From positions 25,792,001 to 25,856,000 of the forward strand of contig OZ024746.1 in assembly GCA_964016885.1 (NCBI GenBank): 64,000 nucleotides of DNA. Direction: 5' to 3'. The DNA comes from Eledone cirrhosa. Lineage: Eukaryota. Shown here piece after piece: positions 24,095-37,571 of this stretch. Position 1 is the stretch's first letter; each line of letters begins with the position of its first letter. Below the pieces are notes generated by a model, which was not told the DNA's origin, made no database searches, and saw only the letters and a program-made list of their open reading frames with translations. A program made the translations under genes and the position numbers.

Positions 24095-25200
24095 TTAATT
24101 CAAATATTTATAGTGTCTTTATTAGTTGAGAGAATGTGAAAATTTGCAATATTAGAAGTAACATTTTTAATGTAATGCAGTCATTGTACTGTTTTGTACT
24201 TTTCGAGAATGTGTTGCTAATAAGGCTTCATGCAGAACATGATGTTAAGAGCTGTGAGGTATATTAATTCAAATACTTCTAGAATCTTTACTAGTCGATT
24301 GATTGTAGTGAAAATTTATTGTAGTAGACTGAAAGCGTCAGTTATAAGGCAGCCATAGTGCTGTTTTGTATTTTTCAAGAAAGCCTCGTTAATGTGGCTT
24401 CATGCTGAACAGGACGTTAAGAGTTATGTGGTATATTAATTCAAATTAGGGAAGAACACATCAATCATTCATTTTGTTTTGAATTGTTTTCATTTTTACA
24501 TTTGAAAAGTGGGTAGTAGCACTGAAATATTGAAATATAATGGGTAAAACATTACTTTGTTTTGTTTTATTTATCATTATTTGCCCTTTATATATTTCTA
24601 CTGCATTGTACCGACTTTCTGAAACTGACCAGTTTTTTTATTAATTCAAACGTTTATAGTATCTTTACTAGTCAACAGATTGTAGTGACAATTTATAATA
24701 GTAGACTAAAGACTTTAGGTACTAATGTGATGCAGTCATAGTGCTGTTTTTGTTCTTTTAAAGAAGGCCTTGTTAATGTGGCTTCATGCATAACAGGATG
24801 TTAAGAGCTATGTGGGAAATTTATTCAAATGCTTATAGTATCTTTACTAGTCAACAGATTGTAGTGAAAATTGATAGTAGTAAGCAAAACAATTTAGTTA
24901 TTAACCCTTTAGCCTTTAAACAGGCTGTATCCGGCCAGAATTCTCTCACCTCTTTCTGTTCAAACCAACTGTAACCAGCCACTCATACAGATGTTAAGGT
25001 ATTGTTCTCAAAATAAATATCAAAATCTCATAGATTCGATATTATGTGAGATAATTATGTGAGATTGATCCTTTACCATGAAAACACAATAGAATATATA
25101 GAGTAATGTAAATGCTAAAGGGTTAATGTGATGCAGTCATAGTGCTGTTTTGTACATTTCAATGTTGCTTCGTGCTGAGCAGGGTGTTAAGAGTTAATGA
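24095..25200. repeat. Diverged ~170-180 bp tandem repeat (4 units), the last interrupted by a MITE
   Basis: ttaattcaaat..tagtatctttactagtc..gtgaaaattt..gcagtcatagtgctgttttg..ggcttcatgc..gatgttaagag at about 24095, 24264, 24640 and 24819/25127. Confidence 0.75.
24901..25126. mobile_element. piggyBac-like MITE (family 1) with TTAA target site duplication
   Basis: TTAA-ccctttagcctttaa...taaatgctaaaggg-TTAA; a second, highly similar copy lies at 32033-32245. Confidence 0.85.
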
Positions 25201-25566
25201 AGCTACAGTTGGACTGAAATTACTATCCTACAATGCCGATTCAGTATCGTCTCAATATCTTTCTTATTTTAACATGGTGATTAAGAAATATTCTTTCATC
25301 TAATTGTTTGAAATTTTTTTTTATTATTATGCTTATGTTTATTATTATTATTATTGTTGTTGTTGTTGTGGTGGTGGTGGTTGTTGTTGTGGTGGTTGTT
25401 GTTGCTGCTGTTGTTTTTGGATGAAGAGAAACTAAAATATTTTTCTTTAGATTTCTGAAATATCTGAGTGGAACTGATGTCAGGATATATTAAATATTGT
25501 ACAACTTGAAATGAATAAGACAATATACTATTCCCCTCTTTCACACATATATGTATATATACACAT

Positions 25567-25605
<39 letters not shown>

Positions 25606-25966
25606 TCTAGTTCAAAATAATCAAGATGAACATAGAGATACAATAACAGTTTTTTTAGTTTCACGATGTATGTGTGTGTGTGTATGCATGTATGTGTGCA
25701 TGTACATATATATATCTATGTGTGTTGTGTGTGTATACATATATATGTGTGTGTGTGTGTACATATATGTGTGTGTGGACACACGTATATAAGCATACAT
25801 AATCTCTTTCCTTCTTTTTACTTATCTCTCTATTTTTCTTCTTTCTCTTTATTTGCCTACCTATCTATTTCTCTAACTGTCTGCCTGCCTAAATACCTAT
25901 GTACCTACCTATCTATCTAGCTAGATAGCTATCTGTCTGTCTGTCTGCCAGTCTATCTATCTATCT

Positions 25967-26318
25967 TGGAAGAAGAATCAGGATGGAGAGAGAGAGGTGC
26001 TGTACTCCAGCAAATTTTATAAAAGGTGGGTGAATGTGGCAAAGATGGCCCAAGTGGTTGGGCCTTCTCTATATATAAGCCTGTAGGTTGAGGAAAAAGA
26101 GGAAGAGAGGAGGGGAGTACTCACTCTTGGTGCTCCTGGAGATGAGAGTTGTACATTTTTTCGGGGTGTGTACAACCCCTGTGTAACGCCTCCCCCCTAT
26201 TGGGGATTTCAATTGTTATTTGTTATTTTATTAATAGTTTTATTTTCATATACCTGTATGTAAACTCCCCATTTCTATTTGTCCCCTTCTTTTGTGCCCT
26301 TGTGGCTAATAAAGAAAT

Positions 26319-26319
<1 letters not shown>
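25967..26319 (+). mobile_element. Tx1/L1-like LINE 3' fragment in (TATC)n
   Basis: RRIRMEREVLYSSKF..KRWVNVAKMAQVVGPSLYISL*; 3' end tgtgcccttgtggctaataaagaaat-(TATC)n. Confidence 0.85.
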
Positions 26320-26364
<45 letters not shown>

Positions 26365-26372
26365 GTCTGTCT

Positions 26373-28220
26373 AGAGTCGACCATCGATATTTGGAAGCGG
26401 TTCTCAAGGCGGCCGGTTTCGGTCCCGTTTTCAGAAGCTGGATCAAGGCGATGCACACCAGCATCTGCTCGAGGGTCAAGGTGAACGGCTACCTATCGGA
26501 GCCATTCGCAATCACGTGTTCCATTTGACAGGGATGCCCTCTCTCCTCCATTCTGTATGTATTCTCTAGAACCGGGACTGCGCAAAGCGGCGTCGGCTTA
26601 TGCCGATGACGTGACGGTAATGGTGTTGAGCACCTTGGAAATCGGAGTGATCGGCAACTTACTGAAAGAATATGAAACACTGATGGGAGCAAAACTAAAC
26701 CCGGACAAGTCTGTTGGTTTGCAACTCGGTACGTGGAGAGGCAAACCGATGACGTCCGACAGCGTCGTTGGACGCTGGACGGACAGACCGGTGAAATTGC
26801 TCGGGGTCTGGTTCGGTCCAGACCTCCAGATGGAGAAAAACTGGAATGAGGTCACGGCCAAGGTGTTTGCGCTCACCCAGAAGTGGGCAGAGTGCAAACT
26901 GTCCTTGAAAGGTCGAGCGGAGGTGGCAAACACTTTCATAGCGTCTGTCATCTACTACTGCTTGACTGTCGCACCTTGTCCCCGTGAACACCTCGCCAAG
27001 ATGGAACTCATGCTCTTCCAGTTTCTGTGGAAGAAGCAGGCTCCGCTGGTGAGGAGATCCATCTGCTGTCAGCACCCTTCCAACAGAGGGATGGGAATGC
27101 TGTGGCTGATGATGTGCAAACATGCGCTGAGGCTGTGGCATCTCCAGGTATTCCTCACCGACCCCCAACCGGTGTGGGCACCGTTTGTGAGACAGACTTT
27201 CCCGCAGCTCATCTCGCTGACGGAGCTGCAGTCCTTGGTCAAGAAAAGACCAAAAACGATGCGCGCCTGGCACATTGAATGCGCTCAGGCACTCATAGTC
27301 CTCTGGCAAGCGGGCACAGCAATCAGTGGAGACTCCACTTCGACATTCTATAGAGGGATTGTACGTTACAAGGGCGATGATGTGCTCGGAGAGACTCTGG
27401 GCATCGAAGACGATGAGCTCATCAGTCTGTTTGGTAGGACTTTCCGCCCGGGACCTATGGACAACTTCCAGAGGTCCCTGGCCTGGCAGTGCTACCGAGG
27501 AGCTCTACTAGTTCATGACAAGATCTACAAGCATGGACACCCCGGCAGGGATCCTTCCAAGAGGATGTGTCCAGGACATTGCGCGCAGAACATTGAAACC
27601 ATCCTGCACACAATTGTACACTGCCCGGGCATTACCGACCTGTGGGACTACGCGGAACAACTGCTGTTGCATATGGGACAAATCCAGTTGACTGCTGAGT
27701 CCATAGTAAGTATCAAACCGCCAACTTCTTTCAAAAATGAAAGAGAGGCGGTTTTCCTCTGTATAGTGGCTATGGTGAAAGAGGTTATATGGTGGACGAG
27801 ATTGAGAGGACTGAGGACAGATGCCTTTTTCTCTGGACAACTCATTCCCTTCTTTAGATACCACTTTAGAAGGAGAATTAGAGTGGAGAGAGAGGCACTG
27901 CACCCCAGTAAATTTACTGAAAAGTGGGTGAATGTGGCAAAAATCGCCCGAGTGATTGGGCCTTCTCTGTATATAAACCTGTAGGTTGAAGAAGAGAGCA
28001 AAAGGAAGAAAGGAACACTCGCACAGCACGCTCCTGAAGTTGAGGGTTGTTCTATCGACGGGGTATTAAACAACCCATTTGTAGCGCCTCCCCACGATTG
28101 GGGATGTCGATTGTTATAATTGTTTGTTTTATATTTTTTTACATGATTGTATTTAAAATCCCCGGCATGTCTTTGTTTTGTCCCCTTTTCTTGTGCGCCC
28201 TTGTGGCTAATAAAGAAATA
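26373..28220 (+). mobile_element. 5'-truncated Tx1/L1-clade non-LTR retrotransposon (RT remnant, C-terminal region, CCHC finger, 3' UTR)
   Basis: RVDHRYLEAVLKAAGFG..VKVNGYLSEPF..*QGCPLS (stop, then frameshift), then YADD, GAKLNPDKS, KLLGVWF, LSLKGRAEVANTFIAS and CPGHC..ETILHTIVHC. GC- and CpG-rich relative to the flanks; both ends lie in (TATC)n. Confidence 0.92.
26557..27984 (+). pseudogene. Retrotransposon ORF2 remnant, 475 aa open frame (RT domains 5-7 to C-terminus)
   Basis: ORF track; YADD motif; upstream part disrupted by a TGA and a frameshift; endonuclease absent. Confidence 0.85.
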
Positions 28221-28317
28221 TATCTATCTGTCTGTCTATCTATCTAACTATTTATCTGCATATCCCTTCCATTCTTTCTCTTTGTTTACTTTTCTAATGT
28301 AATCCTATCAACTGGTA

Positions 28318-29400
<1,083 letters not shown>

Positions 29401-29489
29401 AAACTATCATGCACTAACACTTTTCTTCTTTGAAAATTAAATTGTGGATGAAAATAATATTTAAAAATTATTTTAATTTAAAAATAAAC

Positions 29490-29962
29490 ATTGAGTATAC
29501 TCTGTAAAGTGGTTGGTGGGAAGGGTGTCAAACTGTAGAAACCATTCCAATTAGGGTTGAGAAGAATCTTCAGTTGAATCAAGTACATGACAGCTTCACC
29601 ATTGCTGGCATCATGATAAAACACACCTGTACTGTAAATTGGTGATGTTGGTGCCATGATAAAATGCACCCAGTACACTCTGTAAAATGGTAGTACTGGT
29701 GTCTCAATAAAATGCACCCAATACAATCTTTAAAGTGGTAGTGCTGGTGCCATGATAAAATGCACCCATTACAATCTTTAATGTGGTAGTGCTGGTGCCA
29801 TGATAAAATGCACCCAGGACACTCTGTAAAATGGTAGTATTGATGCCACAATAAAATGCACTCAGTACATACTGTAAAGTGGTAGTGCTGATGCCATGAT
29901 AGAATGCATCCAATACAATATTTAAAGTGGTAGTGCTAGTTCCATGATAGCATGCACCCAGT
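29490..29962 (+). repeat. About 8 tandem copies of the ~47-bp SINE internal module
   Basis: ggtgccatgataaaatgcacccagtacactctgtaaagtggtagtgct repeated; reverse complement of the module in the 9250 array. Confidence 0.8.
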
Positions 29963-29975
29963 ATAATCAGTATAT

Positions 29976-30161
29976 CAGTAAAATTCTGTTATAATAAAAT
30001 TCATGGAGTATAAAAAAATTTGTTGTAACGAAAAATTCTTTATAATGAGATCGACCAAAACAAATCAAGCATTTCTTGGTTATTACCCTGGGGAGTGAAA
30101 ACAAATTTGTTATACTGAAAAATTTGTTATAATGGTATTCGTTTTAACAGAATTTTACCTG
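29976..30161. mobile_element. Tigger/pogo-like MITE
   Basis: TIRs cagtaaaattctgttataa / ttttaacagaattttacctg, with internal subterminal ttcgttataac-like repeats. Confidence 0.65.
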
Positions 30162-31254
30162 TATATATATGACGAGTTTCCACACAGTTTGCACCAAACA
30201 AATTTCTTTCAAAAGAGATTAGTCAACCCAAGGTCCTTGTCCATGGTGACACACAAAGAGTCTGAACCCAGGATCACATAAGACAAAACCACAAAAAAAA
30301 CAAGCCAGAAAATACAAAATGTTTAAACCAGACATATTGGTGATGTTTACTTTGACTCTTCTTCACTCCCACTCCCACCTACTCTTCTCTTCCACTCCCA
30401 CTTACTCTTCTCTTCCACCTCCCACCTACTCTTCTCCTCCTCCTTCCACCCACTCTTCTCTTCCACCTCCCACCCACTCTTCTCCACCACCTCCCACCTA
30501 CTCTTTTCCTCCTGCCACCACTCTACCCCCCCTTCTCTTACTCAATATCCTCCTCCTCTTACCTACTCTCCTACTCCTTCCACCTAATCTCCTCTTCCAC
30601 CCACCCACTGTTCTTCTTCTCCTCCCACCATTCGCCAATCAGTATTCATATTCTGAAATATTTCTCCATGTTTAAATGACCAAGATATATTTGTTCGACA
30701 TGGCATCTCAATTGGCGAGATTGTTTGTTAACTGTTGCCAGCCCTTAATAAATGGCCACGGACATGATTAAAGCTTTTAATGACAACGTGGGGAAGGTGG
30801 AGCAGGAATACAAATAAAATAAGATTAAAAAAAACAGCCAAACAAACAAACAAACAAACAAGAATATGAATTGTAATTACAAGATTAACTGAAATATCAG
30901 AGAAAATAAATGACAAGCAAAAGCAAAAAACAACAACAAAAAAAAACAAAAAAAAAACACACACACACACATAAAAAGAAAAACATGTACATAGTAATTA
31001 CTGGCTTTTGGTTCGTTATGTTGCAAATAATATGGAAGAAAAACCACAACACAACAACAGTATAACACTACTAAAAAATCATAAAATATTTTCAGTAGGC
31101 ATGAGCATGTCTGACTAAACAATATCAGTAATGAAACTATAATATACCGCAGAATGAAACATGATAGAATATTTAGTTGATGATAGAGGTTAATTAAGAA
31201 ATCACTCTTAAATTAGTTTTAAATTCAACTTCTGTATTTTCAAACATCAACAGC

Positions 31255-31570
31255 AACAACTGTTTTAAGGTCATTTTCCTTGTCAAAGCAGGAATTAACC
31301 TTGCAGGGCCCTATGACAAGTGTCTCCATTTTTCTTCTTATCATTCACATGCCCCCCCCCCCCCCCCCTCTCATGACCATCCATGACCATGTCTTTCTTG
31401 GTCTCCCCCTTCCTCACTTTCCACTACATTCATTCCCATCACTCCTCACACCTAGTCACTTTCATCTTTCCCAACACATGATCCAACCATCTCATTCCAT
31501 TTCTCTTCACACTATCCATTGCTGACTCTATTCCTCTTACCTAGTCCCCTCCCTTCATCTTTTCTCAAAC
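31255..31570 (-). mobile_element. RTE LINE 3' fragment (degenerate)
   Basis: Minus translation RWLDHVLGK...SGK*GRGRPRKTW, followed by a (GTT)n-like tail. Confidence 0.6.
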
Positions 31571-31584
31571 CATAATGGAATATT

Positions 31585-32485
31585 CCAGTTGTTGTTGGAC
31601 GTCTGTGATTTCCAATAACGAGTGTTTCAATTATTGTTGTATCTCCATTAGTGTCAACAATGCTCTCATTAGTGTGTGTATGTGGGTAGAATGTCTGTTG
31701 GTTCCAACAAGGTGTGTACCAGTCTGCTCATGAACTGGACATGCATGTGGCTGTATATACCAAAGACACATATTCTCTTAATGTTATTCTCAGGGAGATT
31801 CAGCATGGCACAGTATATGACAAGGCTGGCTCTTTGAATTACAGATACAGTCTATTTTGTATTATACAGATGCATGTACCATTGTAGTTAGATTCTAGAA
31901 ATACATGTACCATTGATGTAGTTCTCAGGGAGATTCAGTGTGACACAATGTGTGGTAGGTCTGGCTCTTTGAATACAGGTACAGTCCATCCTGTATTAAA
32001 GTGTGGCTGAGTATTTCATAGATACATATACTCTAACCCTTTAGCATTTAAACCAGTCACATCCGGCCAGAATCCTCTCACCTCTTTCTGTTCAAACCAG
32101 CTGTAACCATCCTCTCATACTGATGTTAAGGTATTGTTCTCAAAATAAATAATATCAAAATCTCATAGATTCGATATTATGTAAGATAATTATGTGAGAT
32201 AAAGCCTTTACCGTGAAAATAAAATAGTAAATGGTAAAGGGCTAGACATCATTCACAGGGTGATTCTGTGTGACAGGTTTGGCCCTGAGTATTCCACAAG
32301 CACATGTGCTCTTAATGTTGTTCTCAAGGAGATTCAGTGTGACACAGTGTATAACAAGGCTGGCCCTTTGAATTACAGATACAACTTATTTTTACCAGAT
32401 AAGTTAAATGAAACATCAAAGCACCTCAAACACATGATCTTACAATCATGAACCGAACGCCCTAAAGATTAAGCTACATACTTTC
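31585..32485 (-). mobile_element. Family-C SINE with internal tandem duplications and a nested MITE
   Basis: ttctcagggagattcag..tgacacag..gacaaggctggccctttgaattacag occurs about 4 times. Confidence 0.7.
32033..32245. mobile_element. piggyBac-like MITE (family 1), second copy
   Basis: ctaa-ccctttagcattta...taaatggtaaaggg-ctag; internal sequence nearly identical to 24905-25122. Confidence 0.8.
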
Positions 32486-32814
32486 ACATTTAAGAACACT
32501 ATGCTACAGAACTAAGTTTAAGTAAATTAAATCCATTTCAAACAGGAGATTGAGTTTTCTACCATTTAATCAAACTTTGAAGCAAGTCTTAATTCTTTCT
32601 TTGAAAATAACCAGTAATTGTGTGTTAGTGCCATTACAACACTGCTTGGTCATATATTGGTGTGTTATGGTAGTGGAACATCAAATATATTTTCAGATAA
32701 GGTTTCTAATTTAAACAATAATCCATTTAATGTTATATTTTATCCTCTGTCTACTTATATAGACATTGAAATGTCATTTTGGTTAAGATTTCAATTTAAT
32801 TATTTGAACATATA

Positions 32815-33277
32815 TTCCTTTATTCTTTTATTCTTTTACTGGTTTCTTTCATTAGACTGTGGCCATACTGGGGCACTGCATTCTTTTATTCTTTTACTGG
32901 TTTCTTTCATTAGACTGTGGCCATACTGGGGCACTGCATTCTTTTATTCTTTTACTGGTTTCATTAGACAGTGGCTATACTAGGACACCACATTCTTTTA
33001 TTGATTCCTGTCTTTATACTGTGGCCATACTGGGGCACCACATTCTTTTATTCTTTTATTGGTTTCTGTCATTAGACTGTGATTATACTGGGACACCACA
33101 TTTTAAAAACTAGTTTCAGTCATTAGACTGTGGCCATGCTTAGGTACCACATCCTTTTATTCTTTTACTAGTTTCTGTCTTTACACTGTGGCCAAGCTGG
33201 AGGACCAAAGTCTTTTCTTCTTTTACTGGCTTCTATCATTAGACCATGGCCATGCTGAGGCACCACATTCTTTTACT
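32815..33277 (-). repeat. About 8 tandem copies of a ~58-bp SINE 3' tail
   Basis: attcttttattcttttactggtttc..tcattagactgtggccatactggggcac repeated; reverse of the tail at 12490-12540. Confidence 0.85.
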
Positions 33278-33502
33278 AAGGAATCCCTGGTCACTAATTG
33301 CCAGTCTTTTAGAAGATTTTAAACCTGTAGCTAGATGTGTAAACATTCAGTTGACTTAAGAAACATTGGGAAGTTTTGAAATTTGAAATGTAGTTGTTTC
33401 TGAGAGATGCAGGCCTTGATTCCTCACAGGTGTTTATGTCCATTTTTTTCCCTTCTCCATAGATACTTTATCCAATTTTCCCAGCTATTAGTTATAGAGG
33501 TC

Positions 33503-33539
<37 letters not shown>

Positions 33540-33825
33540 ATCATCTGCTCGGGTGGTGGATTGGCAGAATCAGTAGAGCTTCAGACAAAAACCCAGTCCA
33601 GGTATCAAACCAACGATGTTATGATCATAGGTCCAGCACCCTTACTATTAGGTCATACACTTTCACTACATATGATATGTTTAATGTATAATATACATAT
33701 AAAAAGATTGCTATGAGGGTTTTAAGCTGTGATCATGACACATCTATCTCAGTAACCACAGAAGAACATCAGACATTAGACAGGAATTTTTAATCCATGA
33801 TGAACCACGTTATATTAGTGCTACT

Positions 33826-34016
33826 TGGGCAGGGATTGCCAGTATCGGTAGATGGTTGGATGCCATGCTTTGCAGCATAGAGTTATGGCCCTTTGCAGTC
33901 TGAGTTCAAATCCCGCCGAGGTTAAATTTGCCTTTCATCCTTATGGGGTCAATAAAATAAAGCACCAGTAATGTACTGGGATAATTGCTGGCCTTGTGCC
34001 AAAAGTAGAAGCAGTT
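33826..34016 (+). mobile_element. Family-A tRNA-head SINE
   Basis: gagttcaaatcccgccgagg..tttgcctttcatccttatggggtcaataaaataaagcaccag..ggccttgtgccaaaagtagaa. Confidence 0.85.
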
Positions 34017-34129
34017 ATATTAGGAATTACTTCCCTTTCACCAATCATGTTCACACTATATGCAAATGAATATATCCAGTCAATGTTTCATATACAAAAA
34101 AACATATAGGCTTCAGTCTATTTTGAGTA

Positions 34130-34176
34130 AATGTCACTGATGATGGATAAAAATCCAGAAACAGCTTTCTGGCATT
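34130..34176 (+). ncRNA. Type I hammerhead ribozyme motif, one stem III mismatch
   Basis: Stem I AATGTCA/TGGCATT; CTGATGA 34137-34143; stem II TGGAT-aaaa-ATCCA; GAAA 34158-34161; CAGCTTTC where canonical would be CAGCTGTC. Confidence 0.7.
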
Positions 34177-34374
34177 CTCACCATTACTGTATAGTTGTGA
34201 CATAGTCACAGCTTATAAAAAAAAAAAAACATAGAGACACTCTTGTATGTTTTTTATATATAAACATATTGTATATGTTTTCATATATATTCCTATGATG
34301 CACCATCTTCTGTTAGTGCCACTTCTAAATATCATCAGTGATGTTAGCTTATGTTTAGAGAAAATTGTACCTGG

Positions 34375-35012
34375 AATGGAATAGACCTTCCATCTGTTCC
34401 ACGAATGAATGTACCAGTTGTTGGATCAACAGAACAGCCTGCATGGCATATTAACATGCAAGTGACTGAACATTCCACAGACATGAACTCTTAACATAAT
34501 TTTAAAGGAGATTTAGCAGGACAGTGTGAGACAAGGCTGATCTTTTGAATTACAGGTGCAGTCCATCATGTATTATAGTGTAAGTGGTTGAGTATTCCAC
34601 AGACATATATACCCTTAACATTGTTCTCAGGAAGATTCAGTGTGTCACAGTGTTTGACAAGGCTGGCCCTTAAGAATTATATGGGCAGTTCATCTTGTAT
34701 TATTGTGTAAATAACTTGTGTCTATAGTAGAAATCATTATTGTGTAAGTGGCTGAGTATTCCATAGACCCATGTTCACTTAATATAATTCTCAGGAAGAC
34801 TCAGTGTTACAGTGTGTGAGAAGGCTAGCCCTTTGAATTACTTGTGTAGTCAATCTGACAGGCTTCAAAACAATTTCTGTTTACCCAGTTTCATCGACAA
34901 GGCTTAGGTTGACCTAAAGCCTGAGTAAATAACACTTGCCAAAGATTCCACACAGTGAGATTGAACCCCGTACCTTATGATTGGCAAGCAAACTTCTTAA
35001 CCCTTCGGCCAT
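34375..35012 (-). mobile_element. Family-C SINE with 3 internal repeats, followed by a family-B SINE
   Basis: gtggctgagtattccacagac..gacaaggctggccc module three times; then acaggcttc..tttctg..gacacttgcc..attgaacc..aaacttcttaacc. Confidence 0.7.
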
Positions 35013-35399
35013 GCTATGTCTACAGGAAATAAATGTATAGACCACACATGAATTGGTAGTCAAAGACTTAGTTATTCAATTATTTTAGTTGCACTTCTCA
35101 CCAAAGAATAGAATCTAATTAAGATAGTTTTAAAGGTGACACAACTTTTTCTGTCTATTTTTATGTTGTTAATACAGACTGCTTTCCTGAATTAGAAGCA
35201 GAGTCAATCACTTGATAATCTTTATTAATTCTATCTTCTTGTTTGTTGTTGTTGGTGTTGGTGTTGGTGGAGTTGTTATTAGTAGTGGTGGTCATTTGTT
35301 TTGATAAAGTCACTTCATGAATATATTAGCTTGGCTTTCGTGCAGACAAACTGGAGATAGCTGCAAGGAAAAAAAAACGAAAAATAAAAAAAATAATAA

Positions 35400-36060
<661 letters not shown>

Positions 36061-36664
36061 GTTTCAGATGCTGCCAACTATTACGATAATGACTACAACC
36101 ATCGCTTTTATCATCCCCTCCAAATTAGATCTCACCCCATCCCACCACCCACCACCACTGCTGCTACTACTATTACAATAACAACCCTAGGCCCTATTCT
36201 ATATACCCACTTTTTACTACTTCAATATAACACCCTAAACCTTTTATCACCTGTTTGTTGTCCTTATGGTGGAATCATTAGATCATTAAGTAAATGCTAT
36301 GAAGCTTTTGTTCTGTGTCTTTATTTTCTGAGTTCAAATCTATTAAGGTCAATTTTGTTTTGTATCATTGCTGGGCAGATGAATTAAAGTACAATCTATT
36401 TACTGTAGTCAATTTAACCCTTTCATGATCATATTTCAATTAATTAAGTATTTCAAAGGATTTACTAAAATTATCAACCATTTCATTATTAATATAGTAA
36501 CTTGATATATGATTCTTATATAAAATTCTGTTTTAAGATATTAATTTAAATAGGAACCCTTTAAAATGAGTGGCTTTGTTTCATGGAACCAGAACTGCTT
36601 TTGGTTTGGTGGGTATCAAAAAAAGCAAGAAAACACCTCTTGGCATCACTCTCATAATTTCTCT

Positions 36665-37240
36665 AGCTTGCACTTGATAGGTTTGATGCCGAATGCTGAA
36701 TGGCTGGAATGAAAATCAGTGCTGTGAAAATTGAGGCAGTGCACTCTACATGTGAATGGAGTTCCACTGAAGCATGTGGAGAAGTTGAAGTATCTCAGGG
36801 CTGTGTTCACGAGTGATGGAAGGCAGGAGGATAAATTAAGTGCAAGAATTGCAGGAGCTGGAGCAGTTATGTGCCAGCTTCAGCATTTGGTAATCAGAAG
36901 AAGGGAGATAGGTGTAAAAAGCCAAACTCGCTATCATCAATTTGGTATTTGTGCCAACCAACCCTTACTTATGGTCATGAATCTTGGGAGTGTCCGAAAG
37001 AATACAATTGTGAATACAGCAACCAAAATGGGGTTCTTCTGGAAGGTCTTTAAAGTAATGTTACTCGATAGAGTGTGTAGTTTGGAGATCAGAGAGTCGC
37101 TCCAGGTAGTGCTGTTATTTCTCTGAATTGAGAGATCACAGCTCTGATACTACAGTTACATGGTTAGAATGTCTCAGGAAAGAATTAGGAGAGAAGGGCA
37201 GTGCTGATGACCTTGGATGAAGAGATGGAAGAAGGTGCCC
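36665..37240 (+). mobile_element. RTE-clade (Expander/Rex3-like) LINE fragment, RT C-terminal part
   Basis: ALDRFDAEC*MAGMKIS..VNGVPLKHVEKLKYLRAVFTSDGRQED..RIAGAGAVM..KAKLAI..VPTLTYGHESW, with frameshifts. Confidence 0.85.
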
Positions 37241-37349
37241 TTAACCTGGAGACCCAGTTTGGAAGTTTGCAACAGAGTGAACACTGTTTACAGCACCCTA
37301 TAATCAGTTGATGGTATATTAAACGGGGCTATGATTTAATGCTACCACC

Positions 37350-37571
37350 CAAGTAGACCACAGCAGGATTTGAACTCAGAACACAAAGAGCTATAGCAAA
37401 TACTGCAAGGAATCCTATCTAATGTCCTAACAACTCCACCAGCACCCGTCTCCATTAAACTGCTACTTTATTTATTGATTTTAGAAGGAGGAAAGACAAA
37501 GTTGGCTGTAGCAGGAATTGAACTCAGAATCGCAGAAGTTGGATTAAATACCACAAGGTATTTAGTTTAGT
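37350..37571 (-). mobile_element. Two family-A SINE copies; the second runs into the 36-bp array
   Basis: ggatttgaactcagaa at 37366 and ggaattgaactcagaa at 37514, followed by aaataccacaaggtatttag. Confidence 0.7.

Noticed and set aside
30700-30810. Enhancer-like unique segment with homeodomain motifs (taataaatggc; reverse copy near 21700)
   Set aside because: Short AT-rich motifs are expected by chance; needs cross-species conservation data.
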